Shown: positions 1-13,200 of the stretch, piece after piece | Position numbering within the stretch: the first letter of the stretch is position 1 | Layout: each line of letters starts with the position of its first letter | NCBI GenBank assembly: GCA_036172245.1 | Contig: JAYWIR010000007.1 | Coordinates: 806,001 to 870,000, forward strand | DNA: 64,000 nt | Reading direction: 5' to 3' | Source of the DNA: Raillietiella orientalis | Taxonomy: Eukaryota | Program-made: the position numbers and the translations under genes | The notes under the pieces: model-generated | What the model was told of the DNA's origin: nothing | The model's input: only the letters and a program-made list of their open reading frames with translations | The model's database searches: none

Positions 1-240
1 GGATGGTGCCACCCACCCCACCCCCTTCTCCCCCGATCCCCTCCAATCGAGCGCCAGGATTCGCCCGCAACGGAGCCGCCTCACTCACGAGAGGGCAGCG
101 CTGGCAATCCCACGGGCGTTAGGAACCGAAGCTGCCTCGATCGATAGTACCGGATACGCGCATCCGAAACGAGATGAAAATGCGAAAGGAAAGGGAGGAG
201 GGGAGGAGAGAGAGCATAAGTCAAAATGAGTTTTCCTGAA

Positions 241-275
241 ACACGCACACACTGACACACACACACACACACACA
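241..275 (+). repeat. (CA)n microsatellite
   Basis: acacgcacacactgacacacacacacacacacaca. Confidence 0.9.
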
Positions 276-2078
276 AAAGAAAATTTCCAACTCTTTGATC
301 ACGCGACTACACTTTCGCCCCGAGCTGCAGCTTCCCTCCAGCCGAATTAATGGTTTCGCATGTCGCAGGGCGCCTTCGGAGGCTCAGGGGGCGAAGTTGT
401 CTGCCCCGAGAGTCCTCCCAGCTAGGCTCACGAGGTCGTTCGCGAAAATCGTCCTGTATTGATCTCGAGGGGGAAATCGGCAAGCCATCCGACTTCCGGC
501 GTTTTCGGAACATCTCGAAGCACGGACGCGTCGCATAGAAACGCTCATAGTCTGCGTACCGATTTTTCTCGTCGTGCTCGTTCTCTCGGGGAATGGGAGA
601 AGGAGGATACTCATGGCACTTCCGAAACGGCAGGTGGCATAACAACCAGCTGATCGTCGCGGTCATCAGCGTGACAGGCGACGGTAGTGGCTGGGACTGC
701 CCGGTCGATGCTTCCCGAATGCAACGAATTGATGGGGCGTCTGCAGTGTGTCTCCAGAAGCCGATCCGTTCGAAAGTCTGCCCTCGAGGCTATCCAGGGA
801 ATCATGGCGAGACGAACCGTGCGAAAGCGTTCCTGGTCCACTTGATTGGATGAGCGCATAAGATCACGAAAGTCTTTGCGAGGCACGCGCTTTTCTGACA
901 TTGCGCGATGGCGCCATCCCGGAGGACGGGGTGGGTCCATCCCAGAGGTACTGCAGCACTGGATCAACCTGCGACAGGAGGGGGACAAGATCTAAGCATC
1001 CCCATCTGGTGGACAGCACATGGAAAAAGTTGTTTCCATATAAGAGCGCATAAGATATCAAATTCGTGGTGGTAGATTTATCTTCAGGATGGGTTTGGAG
1101 TGCGAGGTGCACTGAAGAGAGGAGAAAATTCGCCACCCTGCACTGAGCCGGATCGAGGAAAACGCCGGAGCTGCGCAGGCGGGTCGCGTCGCTCTCCCTC
1201 GGTAGCCTCTGAGCGGGAAGAGAGGTTTCCCAGGATGTGGTGGAGGGAGGTGGGCGTGAGGAGCCCAACTTCCAGCCTCGCGTTGGCACGCGCGCTCCGT
1301 GGGCCTCCTGATGTTCTCGGAGGACCTCGGGCTCTTCGTGGGTCGCTAGGTAGGCGGGTTTGCCTCGGCGGCAGCCTCTGCGCGGCGCTGCGCCGTTGCC
1401 CGCCAAAGTCTCGCAGTATTTGCATTTCGTTCCTCTTCTCTTCTCAACATTTCTTCAAGCCTGCAGGTGTCGGCGCCCCCTCCTTCCACTTCCAGGATCG
1501 TCCTAATGCGTGCAATGAGGATAGGAAGGGATGGCAGCAGCGAAGTCCATTTTTTGGTCTTCTTTTTAAAATCATTTCCCTTCCTCTTCCTCCTCATCAT
1601 CATATGGCCATGATTTGCAGTGTGGCAGAAGGAGCGGGGGATCTCCTTCAGAACTAGCTCACAACGAACCAGCTTTAATTGCCATCAGGTGGCGTGGCTC
1701 CAAGGCACGGGGCAGCTCCCGAGCATTTCCGTTCCCATCCTGTGGAATGAAACTCCAGCTGGAAACGGAGCACCTTCACTGTTTCTCTGATCCGACGGGG
1801 TCCAGCACGACAAGCAGCAGCTTTGTTGACCTTCGCGACCGCTCCTTGCACCCCCACCGCACCAAGCAAGCGGGTTGCATTCCACCTCTTTCCAGCTGCT
1901 CACGCGCGTCAGCAGCCGCTCTTTCGCAGTTCTGCGCTCTCGAGGTATCGATCAGAATATTCGCGCTTCTACTGTCCCTCTGGGATGGGAGAGTTAGGAG
2001 AGGGAAAGGAGGGGGGAGAGGGCAGCTGTTCTAAGAAGTGTCTGTGGATCGAAGAGGAAGGAGAGCCACGAGATCTGG

Positions 2079-2341
2079 CGCCACTTTCCATGGCACTGAC
2101 TTTCTAGACGATGAGCTGCTACGCGACCCGGGGTCTGCCGTACGCGATCGCAGCGTTTGGAGAGAAAGAAGATGGGTAGAGGCTGCGAGACGAGGTCAAG
2201 GCGCCGCTCCTTCGCCCAAGGTGCGTCTGCGCACGTTGGGCGGTGGCGGCGCCAAGGTCGGCGCTCGAAGCGCTCTGGCAGCCCTGCGCACCTGGCACTC
2301 CCGCATCGAAGCTCTCCCGTGGCGCTTCCTCGAAGTCCCGC
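2079..2341 (+). repeat. Dispersed repeat copy 1 (direct repeat with 5223-5464), probably retroelement-derived
   Basis: Shares long blocks such as cgcagcgtttgg...aagaagatgggt and ctccttcgcccaaggtgcgtctgcgcacgt...gcgctcgaagcgctctggca...gcgcttcctcgaagtcccgc with 5223-5464. Confidence 0.9.
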
Positions 2342-4297
2342 TGGCAGGCACACACTCTCACGCTCATTGGCGCTCACGCAAAGACTTCCGTGATCTTGTC
2401 GCGGCCCGCTTGCTCGATTCTACGACTGTCGCACGCTGGAGGCCGTGGCCGGGGAGATGAGGAGCCTCCGAACCGGTTCTGGACGCGCGGCGCCCGTGCA
2501 CCCGCTCAAAGGGGCGCCGGTCCGTCCACGGCCCTGTCCCCTCGGCTCGGATGTCGGAGAGTGGGAGGGAAAGGATACCGACGAGCAGGAAGAGCCCTTG
2601 CTGTGCATCCAAGAATCGATGCCGGGGGCGGAGGAAGCTCCTCACTCCCGCCTTGATCAAAGATACTGCGGAGAACGCGCACAGTCCCTGCATCGCGAGA
2701 TGAGCGAAGGTCACCTGAGGGTCACCACCGCTCGGATCGCTCGAGGAGGCTCTCTCCCTCGTGCCTTGCTCCCTGGGCGATGCGCTTCCCGGATTCGCTC
2801 CCCGCTAGATCGGTGGCGCCGATCAGGGAGTCGCTCTCTCCCTCCGAGCATGCGTCCAGACGGAAAGTCTCTCTCCAAGGCGGTCGAAAGACTCGTTGCC
2901 CGCTTGGACCATGGCGCGCGAGAGGGAGACCGCTCCCACCCTTCCTTCCCTCGAGACACCGTACCCATGGGATCGCCACAAGAGTCCTCAGCTGATGGAT
3001 GACACAGGGAAGCAGGTCGTCCCGCATCTGCAGCACGGAGGTGAGCGGCGCATCTGTCGAGAATTCGTCAGTCGGACCTCCACCTGGGAAGAAGGCGGGA
3101 CCTCGCCCATGGGTCACGTTCGAGTGCTCCAACAAGGCGCCTCTTTCGCGAAAGCCGGCAGTGCGAGAGACCGTCAAGTCGGTTGGGAACTTCTGGATGA
3201 AATCTTTGGACTCCAGAGGTTGAGATGCTATTACGTCCGCCTGGACCCCTTTCCGGAGGTCCGCGTCCGCGATCGTGGAGGATCGCTCCTCCCTCCCTCC
3301 TTCTCGGACCAGCCATTCATGGGAAAGCGGTCTGTCAAAGAGGAGGAGAAGCTGGGAACGACACACGCCAGTCTCCCACATCACACGATCCGAGTGAAGG
3401 TGGAGGGGGGATGATGAGAATCTCCCATCATTCCGGGAAGAGGAGGACCTTCTCGGAGCGAGAAGCGAGCTCTTGGAGTCCTCTGAGAACACCTGCGGTC
3501 GGCAAGTGAAGGCGCGAAGCTTGCCGGGTCGCCCGGAGGAAGCGGCTGCTCATTGGTGGGAACAACGGGACTATCCATCGACTCGCTAGGGTCGTGCTCT
3601 CAGGGGTATGACGTCGAGACTGCTCCTCCTTCGTCTTCCGGTCGCTCCGGGGCTTCCCGGCGCGTTCGTCGTCTCCCGGGATGCGGGGGCAGCCCTCCAG
3701 AACTTTCGGGAAACCAGGCGATGTGGCCTGCGGCCCTCTGCCTATATACTGCAGTCCTTCGGCTGCTTCCGCGCCCCGTCTCCGGAGGAATTCGCGCCCT
3801 GGTCCCAGCTCTGGAGCGCCTGCCTTCCGCTGCTCCCGTCCTTCTCCCCCTCCTCTCCCTTTGTCAGAAGTACTCGGAGCTGCTTCGTAGCCGGACGCGG
3901 TCCTGCCTTCTCCTTCTCTCGAAGAGGAACGTGCTGTGCGGAAGGAGAGGAGGCAAGTCGGCTCTTCCTCGGGAGTCGGGAGTGGTGAGTGCTTCTGGTT
4001 CCGTCGTCGTCCGCTGTCTTCAGCGGCTCTCGGAGGAGCAGGAGTGCGGGATCTCCGACCCGCGCACGCGCGTTCCCCATCGATTTTTCCGCTCCCTCCC
4101 CTCCCTCGCTCCCTCTTGCGCCCGTTTCCGGCTTCCGTCACCTTTCCTCCGTCGCCCTGAAGGACCCACTGACGTTTCAGCCGTCTCCTTGAGGCCGGAA
4201 AAGCACCAGGAACGGCCGCAGGCAGGAAACAGAGCGAGGCGTGCGGCATGCAGCCCGACCACCGGTGACCCCGCGGTGCCGCCTGCCTGCAGCCGGG

Positions 4298-7200
4298 ATG
4301 GACGAAAACCTCAGCAGAGGATACGTGCAGCTACGCAGGCCACCCCACCTGCGCCCCCCCGTGGACCCTGACCGCGCAGCGCCCAGGGACAAATACAACC
4401 TCATCTATGCGGTCCTGCTGCTGGCGGGAGTCGGCTTCCTCCTGCCGTACAACAGGTAGGTTCCCGTGGGAGGAGAGAGAGAGAGAGACTGTCCGCCTGC
4501 CCGTCTCCTTCTCCATCGTCCCCCTTTGCTGATCTTAAGGGGAGGCGTGGAGTGCCGGAGGCTTCCTCCCAGCCCGCAACGCCTAGGGGCAGCTGAGACG
4601 GGCAGGAGGAGGGCGAATCCAAGGACAGAACGGGTCGGCAGGAAGGGAAGAGGGGGGGGGGAGGAAGGAAGGGCTGCTAGTGGTCCTCGGGACGGGGAAG
4701 GGGTGGGAAGCCTAGCTCGGGGAGAGTTACCCTGCCGTCCGACCACCAGCCGGTCCAACCACCCTCCCTGCTCAGCGTGCATGGGGAGGAAGGGGGGGAG
4801 GGAGATTGGGGCGACCATCCCGCGAGAACAGTGGGGTGGGGTCGAAGCCGCTCTGACGTCCTTTTCTTCCCTGGCCTGCAGCTTCGTCATTGCGGTGGAC
4901 TTCTTCCAGCAGAAGTATCCGGGGACCACCATCGTCTTCGACATGTCGCTCGTCTACATAGGCGTGTCCTTCGTCACGGTCCTCCTCAACAACGTCCTGG
5001 TCAATGTCCTGCCCATGCACTCCAGGATTGGATTCGGTGAGGGGGAAGCGTGGATTCCTTGTCTATCCCTGGTCGGGTGGAGAATTCATCTTGGTGGAGC
5101 CCCCTTGTAGAAAAAGGGAGAAAGAAGGGTAGGGCGGGATGCAATGCGTCGCTTTTGTTCCTTCCCGCGTGCGGCAAGGGAAGAGGAAGACGAGCCGCGT
5201 GCGAGCCGGTGGGGGATGTCACCGCCACTTTCCTTGGCACTTCCTAATCGGTGCGCTGCTACTCGATCCGGGGTCTGCTGTGCGCGACCGCAGCGTTTGG
5301 GGAAAAAGAAGATGGGTGGATGTTGCGCGGCGAGGCCAAGGCACCTCTCCTTCGCCCAAGGTGCGTCTGCGCACGTCGGGCGGCAACGGCGCCAAAGTCT
5401 GCGCTCGAAGCGCTCTGGCACTTCCGCATCGAAGCCTTCCCGCGGCGCTTCCTCGAAGTCCCGCAGGATAAGCTGGGTAAGGTCCTTACGACGTATTCTG
5501 GACGCCTATGCGGCCTCACTTGGAGTCGCACCCCATCTGGTTCTCGAAGCTGGAAGTCCTCCGACTTCCGGTGCTCGGAGCTGGAGAGCGCCAGGAGTGT
5601 CCGCAGCTGCCCACTGCGACTCCCGTACCCCATGCCGATACTTCGGTGGCACTTCCCGGGGAGCCGAGCGCTTCCGGACGTGGATGGCCGCTACAACCTT
5701 TCAGTAGTCAGTCCAACGCCGCCAGGGTGCGGCGCAGTGCAACATGTCCCAAGCGATGGTATCCTAGGTAGCGACGGAGTCCACCTCTGCCTTTTTACTC
5801 AGGCAGTCCCTTGAAGACGAGGGTGAGCAGTCCCGCCGCCGAAGAGGTGGCGACAGCTGTCCTGGTGGTGATCGGCCTGCAGACCCTGCCTGCTCCGCGC
5901 GCGCGCTGGAAAGTGTGATGCAGCATCGAGCTTAGGGGATGCCTGAGGACAGGAGGGGACCCTTGAGCGAGCGGATCAACATTCTCACGGAATACCTGGC
6001 GGCACCGAAAGGGGTCGCCGACGGAAACCCCGTGTCCGCAGGAAGAACGATGGCCGGAACAGCGCGTGGAAATCAGCGTGCAACGAGTTTACGCCCCACA
6101 CGGGGTCGGGATCGCAAGTGACGGAGCAGAAGTCTTGGGGTTCAAAGATGCACCCGCATCCTTTGGCAATAGCAAACTTGACCTCCGACTCGCAGCTCCC
6201 TTCTCCGATGTTTGCTGGTGGGGGCAGGCGGCGTGGTCACACGTGGACACTCACCAAGCTTGCGTGAGCACGTGGGCACGGATGATTTTTACGTCGGCTC
6301 TTGAACACTCCCTGCGCAGGGAAGACGCATGCGCGCTCGTCTGTCACGGGAGGAAATTGGGCCAGGGCTCATACCTAGGTTTTAAGAGAGAGAGATCCGC
6401 GAGCCGGTTATGTGCTAATTTGATCAATGGGATGGATCAGTGTCCCACGTCCCGGGAACGAAATTTAACATTCTTCCCGTTGGTGGCAAAAGTTTTCTGT
6501 GTCCCGAGTACCTGCGCCCAAAAGGGTGGGCCGCTAACGCTTCTTCCGTTCGCACCCCTATTTTAGCAATGACAAGCAAAGTGGCTTTTCTGAAATGCTG
6601 CAGTGTCATGCTTGGAAAGAAAAGGGGAAAAAAGGATATTGCTTACGGCGTTTACACGAAACATACTTTTTAAAAATTGTAGTTTGCTCTCGGTGTATTG
6701 AGAGCAGCAGCATTGCGGCACGAAAAGCACAATTGTCAGATGTGACAATCCCAAATGAACCCAGATTCCCGGATACATTAGGATAGAGTTGGAGACATAT
6801 GGAAAAAATGCGCGCACACACATGTACAGGAGGACAAACAAGGGCAGTTTCCACGGATACGAAACACGCAATAAGGGAAATTGATCGAGACGAAGGGATG
6901 TTGCTGATTCTCAAAGTACTGAATTCTGCGATCCAGGCTCATCCCGCATCGCCCACAAACATGGCGGCGATGGCGCTCGGAAAATTGCGCCGTTTTGTTC
7001 GGCGCTGACCCGCTTCTCTCCGATTCCTTCTGCGGGAGTTTTCGGTTCCTGGAGACCAATCGACTTTCTCGGGGAGGGACGGAAAGGATAAAAGAAGGGA
7101 GGAGGAACAGTTCCCGTGCTGCCAAGTCGCTTTTGCCGAGAACTTTTCGAGCCGTCGGCTGCTTCCGTGAAAGCCGGAAGCCTTCGCCCGGTCTCGTGTT

Positions 7201-10200
7201 CAGAGCTGCCAACCTTCTCCGAATGCCACCTGGCCTGGGGATGCGTCGTCCAGAGTGAGCCGACCCATTCCGAGTCGGGAGTGGGCCCAAGTGAAGAGGT
7301 CCGCCGTGAACACCGAATGCAAGGGCACGAGAGGACTAACTAACCCTTTGGGCGCGGCGGACCTCATCCGATTAAAACGTTTCGTGTTGACGGCACGCGA
7401 GTCGCAGTCGGACGGAACTGCGGCTGTTTATTTGCATTTCTATTTGTTCCTTATGTACACCTTTATGTATTTTTTATTTATTTTATTTACACAGAGAGCT
7501 GGCTCTGAAAAAAAGAGAATAGTCAGCCGATATAAGCAGAATTTTGTTTACTGTCGTTGCTAAAGTAAAAAATAAGACCGTAAGGGTATGTGTCCATCTC
7601 AAACATGGATGGTGTTAAATTATGTCGCGTGTGCAAGGTAAAAACATTTGCACAAATGCATATTTGAGTCCATAGCCCACGCCAATAATTTTCGCCAGAC
7701 GCATATATGCGTCCATGTCACTCAAAGGGTTAAACAAGGAAAAAGGGATGTTAAGGGGAAAGAGGTGAGGGAGGAAAGGATATTAAAAAAAAAAAAAAAA
7801 AGGGGGAGGGGGTTAGGGGCGGGGGAGGCTGGAGACTGGAGGTCTGTTGCGCGTCCTGCTCCTGAAGAAACGGATGCCGCGCGAGGGCTAGGAAGGATTG
7901 CTCGCCCATAGGAGGCACGTTCCAATGCCAGGGCGAATTAGCAGCGTGATTGCAGGATCTCCCCTTTCCCTACGGAGAGGAAGAAGAGAAGCGCGGCTGC
8001 AGCTGCGTGGGTAGACAGGAGAAGGATCGGGGATTCTCGAAGGGGAGCACTGCTCGGATTCAGAAGGGGAAGCAGCCTCGTGTTGAAGCTGCACGGAGAT
8101 CTCGCAGACTGGGTCGCGCACCCTCCTGGACTCTGGGAGAGAACGCAGCTTTGATCCAGAAGGGCTCACACACTCACCCCATTCCTGGGAACGTTCCGTG
8201 TCCCTTCCCTTTCCTGCTTCGATACGAGGCAAAGAGGAGGCGCTGCCGGCTGGCTGGAGGGGAGCGGTGCAGCGTTCCTCCTTAGACGGGACTGTCTCCT
8301 CTTCCCCGTTCCTTCGAAGAAGAGCGGTCGAGGCAGGAAGGCGATCGGGAGCGGCGGCTCTCCACGGCCGCCTTCACACGCGTCTGCGGGACCACCGGGC
8401 TGTAGGCGGTGGCCGCCTTCCGCGCAGTAGACTCTGCCCGCGTCGCGAGCGAGAAACGCGAAACCACCATCTCCCTCTTGAGAAGGGCAAGGCGGTCCTC
8501 CTCCCGCCTCCATCTTTCCACCTTCCCAGACGCCTCTGCTGTTCCAGGATACATGGCTTCCTTCACGACCATGCTGCTGGTGGCACTCTGCCAGATACGC
8601 TGGGACCTGTTCGAGAGAAGCGTCTCCTACAAAGTCAGTCTCCTTGCGGTCGCCATAGTAGCCATGGGATGCACCAGTAAGTGTGGCGACCTCTTGTCTC
8701 GGGGCGCCGCGGAGACGGCAGGCCAGCGCTTACGGAGGAGCACTTCCTACCGCCCCTACCCTCCACTTGCATGGCGGGTGACCTTGACCTCGCTTGTCTG
8801 CTCCTGCTCCTGCTCCTCCTCCGTGCTTTCTTCCTTCTCTCCTCCTCTTCCGGACGTCTCACTCATCAGACGGAGAGGTTCTGGCCATCCGGCACATGAC
8901 TTCTTAGGAGGACGGGGGAGTCTGGTGGGCCTCCACCTCCGATTGCCCTTCCCTCCGCCTCGGCCTCTCCTGTCTCCCCACTCCAAACCCAGCTCAGCTC
9001 GATCATCTCTCTCTTCCAGTCCAGCAGTCCAGCTTCTACGGGTACACGAGCATGCTCCCGTCCAGGTTCACCCAGGCAGTCATGATTGGGGAAAGTAAAG
9101 TATCCCGACGGCGGCGCCTACGGGAACGGCGTCCGAGGACCGCGCTTCTCTTTTCTCCCAGGTGCGGCGGGACTGCTGGTGTGCCTGAACCGTATCCTCA
9201 CCAAGTCGCTGGTCAGGGATGAGCGCATCAACACCCTCGTCTTCTTCCTCGTGTCCGTCGTCATCGTGGCAGCGTGTTCCATCTTCAACAGCCTCATCCA
9301 GAGCACCGACTTCGTTGCGTACCACGTGAACCGATGCCGCCAGAAGGTGGCAACGGATGGAGCCCTCAAGAAGATATCGTTGCAGCCCGCGGAGGACGCG
9401 GACCTGGTCAGTGGTTAGCAGCGGTACCTCCTCGCCCTTCTCCTCCTTCCTCCTCCTTCTCCCTTCTTTCTCTCTTCCTCCTTCTCCTTCCACCCTCTTC
9501 GTTTCACTTCTTCCTCCTCCTTTCTTCCTCCTCGTCCTCCCTTTTTCCTTTTTTCCATCCTCCCTTTTCTTTCCACGGTCCTCGTCCCCCCCCCCTGCCT
9601 TTCCTGCTGCCTGTCCGGGAACCGCAGTGTGGTGCACCCCAAGGGGGACCCTGAGGCCGTGTGTGCGCCAAGGAGTTCGCAGCCGCTGCTCCTTTGATTG
9701 CACGAACTCTCGCGAACATCCCTCGCAGGTTCCCCTGGAGAGGACGAGGAGCAGAGTTGCTCCCCTTCCCTGCCAGAAGGATGGGCCCATAGCTGCCCTG
9801 CCCCTCTTCCTACCTCCTCTCTCCTGATGCTTTCTCGGTCCTCGAGTCAGGGGGAGAGGGCAGGAGGGAAGAAGAAGCCTCCTTGCGCCTCTCGCGAGCA
9901 GCGACATCGAGCTACGGGATCGCGGAAATTCCATCCTCAGCTTCCGCTCCCGCTATGCAGCAGTCACGAGGGTGAGTCCCTGGACAAATCCGACCTTGGA
10001 AGGAGAAGAAATCATTGGTGGAGCTCGTGGCCAGGAGGGGAGTTTCCCTTTAGCTGACGAAGGGCCAGCCCGAGACGGAACGGGGACCCGCGAGCGAGCC
10101 AGCGTTTCGCCCGTTGCGACACGCAAATGCCGCACCCGAGGAAGGGCAGTAGGGATGGGTTTGGCCACCCAAGAAACCCTCCTCTGGCCTCTGGAAGCAG

Positions 10201-13200
10201 ACCTCTGAAAAGCTTGCGCGCTGCGACTACATCTGCTTAGGAGGATAAGCAAAAAAAAGAAAAAAAAGGGATCAAACGAAGCGGGAAGGGAGGAGGGAGG
10301 GAGCATGCGGCGAACGAGCGGAGTCCCCATCTTCAGAACAGACTCCCTTGTAAGAGAAGGAGTGATCCCTAGCGGTGCCCGGTAGCATCTCATCATCTTT
10401 CCGGATCGCACGCAGAGGCATGTTCCTCCCCCTCCCTCCGTGGGGAACAAGGAGGGGATAGGACGACGCCCACGGCCGGGAGCTTCCGCCAGTCCCCCAA
10501 CCGGACCTCTGTGCGAGCAGGAAAACCGGAGTCGGTAGGTCGGAGAGAGTTCGTCCCTCCGCCTCAGCTGCGCGCCGAGAGGATTTCCCGTCTCGACACC
10601 GTCCGCGCCCGAGCGATCGCCCAGCGCGTCTCGGCAGCCAGCGCCACCCCGCATCTACCTCGCAGGTTCCCCTCCCTCCCCTCTCTCGTCCTTCCCCACA
10701 GCCTGGAGCCGTCCTCCTTCCCAGGTCGACTTCTTGGAGGCCTCAGGCACGGCGGGCAAGTACAAGGTGGTGAACGTGCAGAGTCCGGCTGCCCAGACGA
10801 CTCCCGACTCGGCGTTCCAATCCTCGGAGAACATCCAGCCCCACGCCAGTTCCTTCGATAATCCCCTTTACAAAGACAAATACGAGGAAAGTGCAATCCT
10901 GGACCTGAAACTGATCCCCTCTTCCGTGGAGAAATCTTTCTCGAATCCTAATTACGACGAGGTGAGCACGGAGGGAGACCCCAAGGTACATTATCACGTT
11001 GAAGACATTATTTTTGATGGACCCCTCCGTTACAGAAGTAGATACTCAAGATTAAGATTTTGGACTGGATTAAAGAGTAAGAGCGCCTAAACCTAAGTTC
11101 TCTTGTCGCTGTGGCTTCGTGACCACCCCGAGTGCATGGCAGCTTTGTTCGCTTCGTCTTTGCACACGGGGACGGCGCCTCAGAGAGTTTCCCTGGCGCA
11201 TTGCCAGCATTTCGCGGGAACGCCCTCTTGACAGTTCGCTGAGACATTCTCCGGGACGATTTTCCGGCGCCGAGCAACTCCACCTCCCCGAACGCCCGGT
11301 CGCGAAACGAGACCCAGCCTTCAGCGGCCATCTGGAGAAGCAACGGGAGCGCTGCTGCTGCACTCTGAATCCCCGCGTTCACGTCCCCGACTACGCTCTC
11401 GTGTACATCGTGTAGCTTCCCTATGGTGCTTGCAGCTTCGGCTGAATTCACTCCTGGGCTGTCCTTGTGAGCAGCACATGGAGCGCCCTGCGTTGAAGAT
11501 TGCTCTGTGAGAGTGTTGATGCGTCCCCGAGGAAAACAGCAGTCCTTTCCTCCGCCTTCTTGAGCGAATTCTTCGTGCGCTAAATCTTTGACCGCGTTCG
11601 AACTTCCCCAAACGACATGACGGTGCATCAAAGTAATACCGAGGCATAGTGCACAGCTTCCGCGGATTTTTAAGCACAAGAGTGTGTGCAAACGAATGAT
11701 AAACGATCAGATGAAACAAAGTATTTTCATTGGCTTTTGCATCAAAATCTTCAAGCATCCATGATGCCTCACCTGCGAGCGCTTTATCCGGAACGTAGCT
11801 TGTTTTGAAGTCGGAAATAAGACAAATTCACTTGAAGAGAATTTTTGGCGCCAGTTTCGCTTTCTTGTACTCCGTTTCCCCGAAATGCGGTAACTGGGAC
11901 TAAAATTTGGGCTTTTGAAAGCATGGGCGTGACAGCGCGGTCTAGTCTCGGATAAATTCTGCTAGCCATCGAATTCCTGTCACTTTCACGATCACTGGAA
12001 CCGAATTCATCAGAAGTTTTCGATGCAATCCCTGATTGGCATCCCTGTATAACGGAGATTCATATGACCCGAGCACGGCGGCGACAAAATGGCGGCGCTC
12101 ATCGTGCAAAGCAACGAATGAGCTGCGCACGACGTTATGCATAAATTTCAGTTTTGCAGTAAACGTGTCGGCTCAGCTGGTAAATATAAAAAGAATACAT
12201 GATTCAAGTAGGGTGAATTTTTTTCTTACTTTCACTTTATAAAGAATTCCTATTTTTGTTGTTAGGCGTATCCATTGGCATTGCGAGACACGTCTGACAC
12301 AACGCCTCCGATGACATTGCATTATTCATCTATCACTCCGTTCCAGGGCTCGTAAAACGCGAATTTTTTTAACGCGGAGCGGGGACCTACTGCAATTGCT
12401 CGCTGCCATGTCTGCTTTGCAAACCTTTCTTCCTGCATCCTCATAGAGATCCTGGTTCGCAGATAAAAAATAACGATGTAAACGAGACTGTTTTCTTCCA
12501 TCTAGAGGGATTGCGGGCTCGGATCAGGATTTCCCGCATCATCTGGCCGTACATGGTCTCCATCGCCCTGGTGTACTTCGTCACTCTGTCCCTGTTTCCT
12601 GGAATCGAGTCGGAAATCGTCAGCTGCAGGCTGAAGAGCTGGATGCCCGTCCTGATCATGACGATCTTCAATCTCTTTGATTTCATCGGAAAGGTAGTCC
12701 ACCCCCACCTTGGATTGGCTTGCATTTCTGTGACGAACCGTGGATGATTTGCCTATGGATCACGCTTGTGCGGGACAGGGCCGTCGGTGAGCCAGCTCGA
12801 GTCCCTGCAGCATCTCCTGGTAGGAGATGGACCGAGAGCAACAGAACAGCCCGCAACACCGCCTCTCTTACGAGCCTCCCGCGCGCGTGCGTGAGGGGGA
12901 CTCGGGAGCGAACGCCCTAGTTTCCTGCAGGCCCGGCAATGCGAAGTCACCCGGAGCGGAAGGGGGCGCGTCTCAGCGACGCTCAGGGCCATCGTTGCGG
13001 ACGGCCCTGCACGTGCTCCTCGAGCGCTGTCGCCTCTCGGTGCGCCTCCGGTGGACCGGCGTCCTCCGAGGAAGGAGAGACCGAGTCGCCCTGCGGGCGT
13101 GGCGGGTGCGCCACACGAGCGACGCTTTCCGGCCTCCTTCTGTTGAGGACGCATTCCAGGATGCTCCCTCCCTCTTCTGCACGCGGAATCGGCCCACGCG

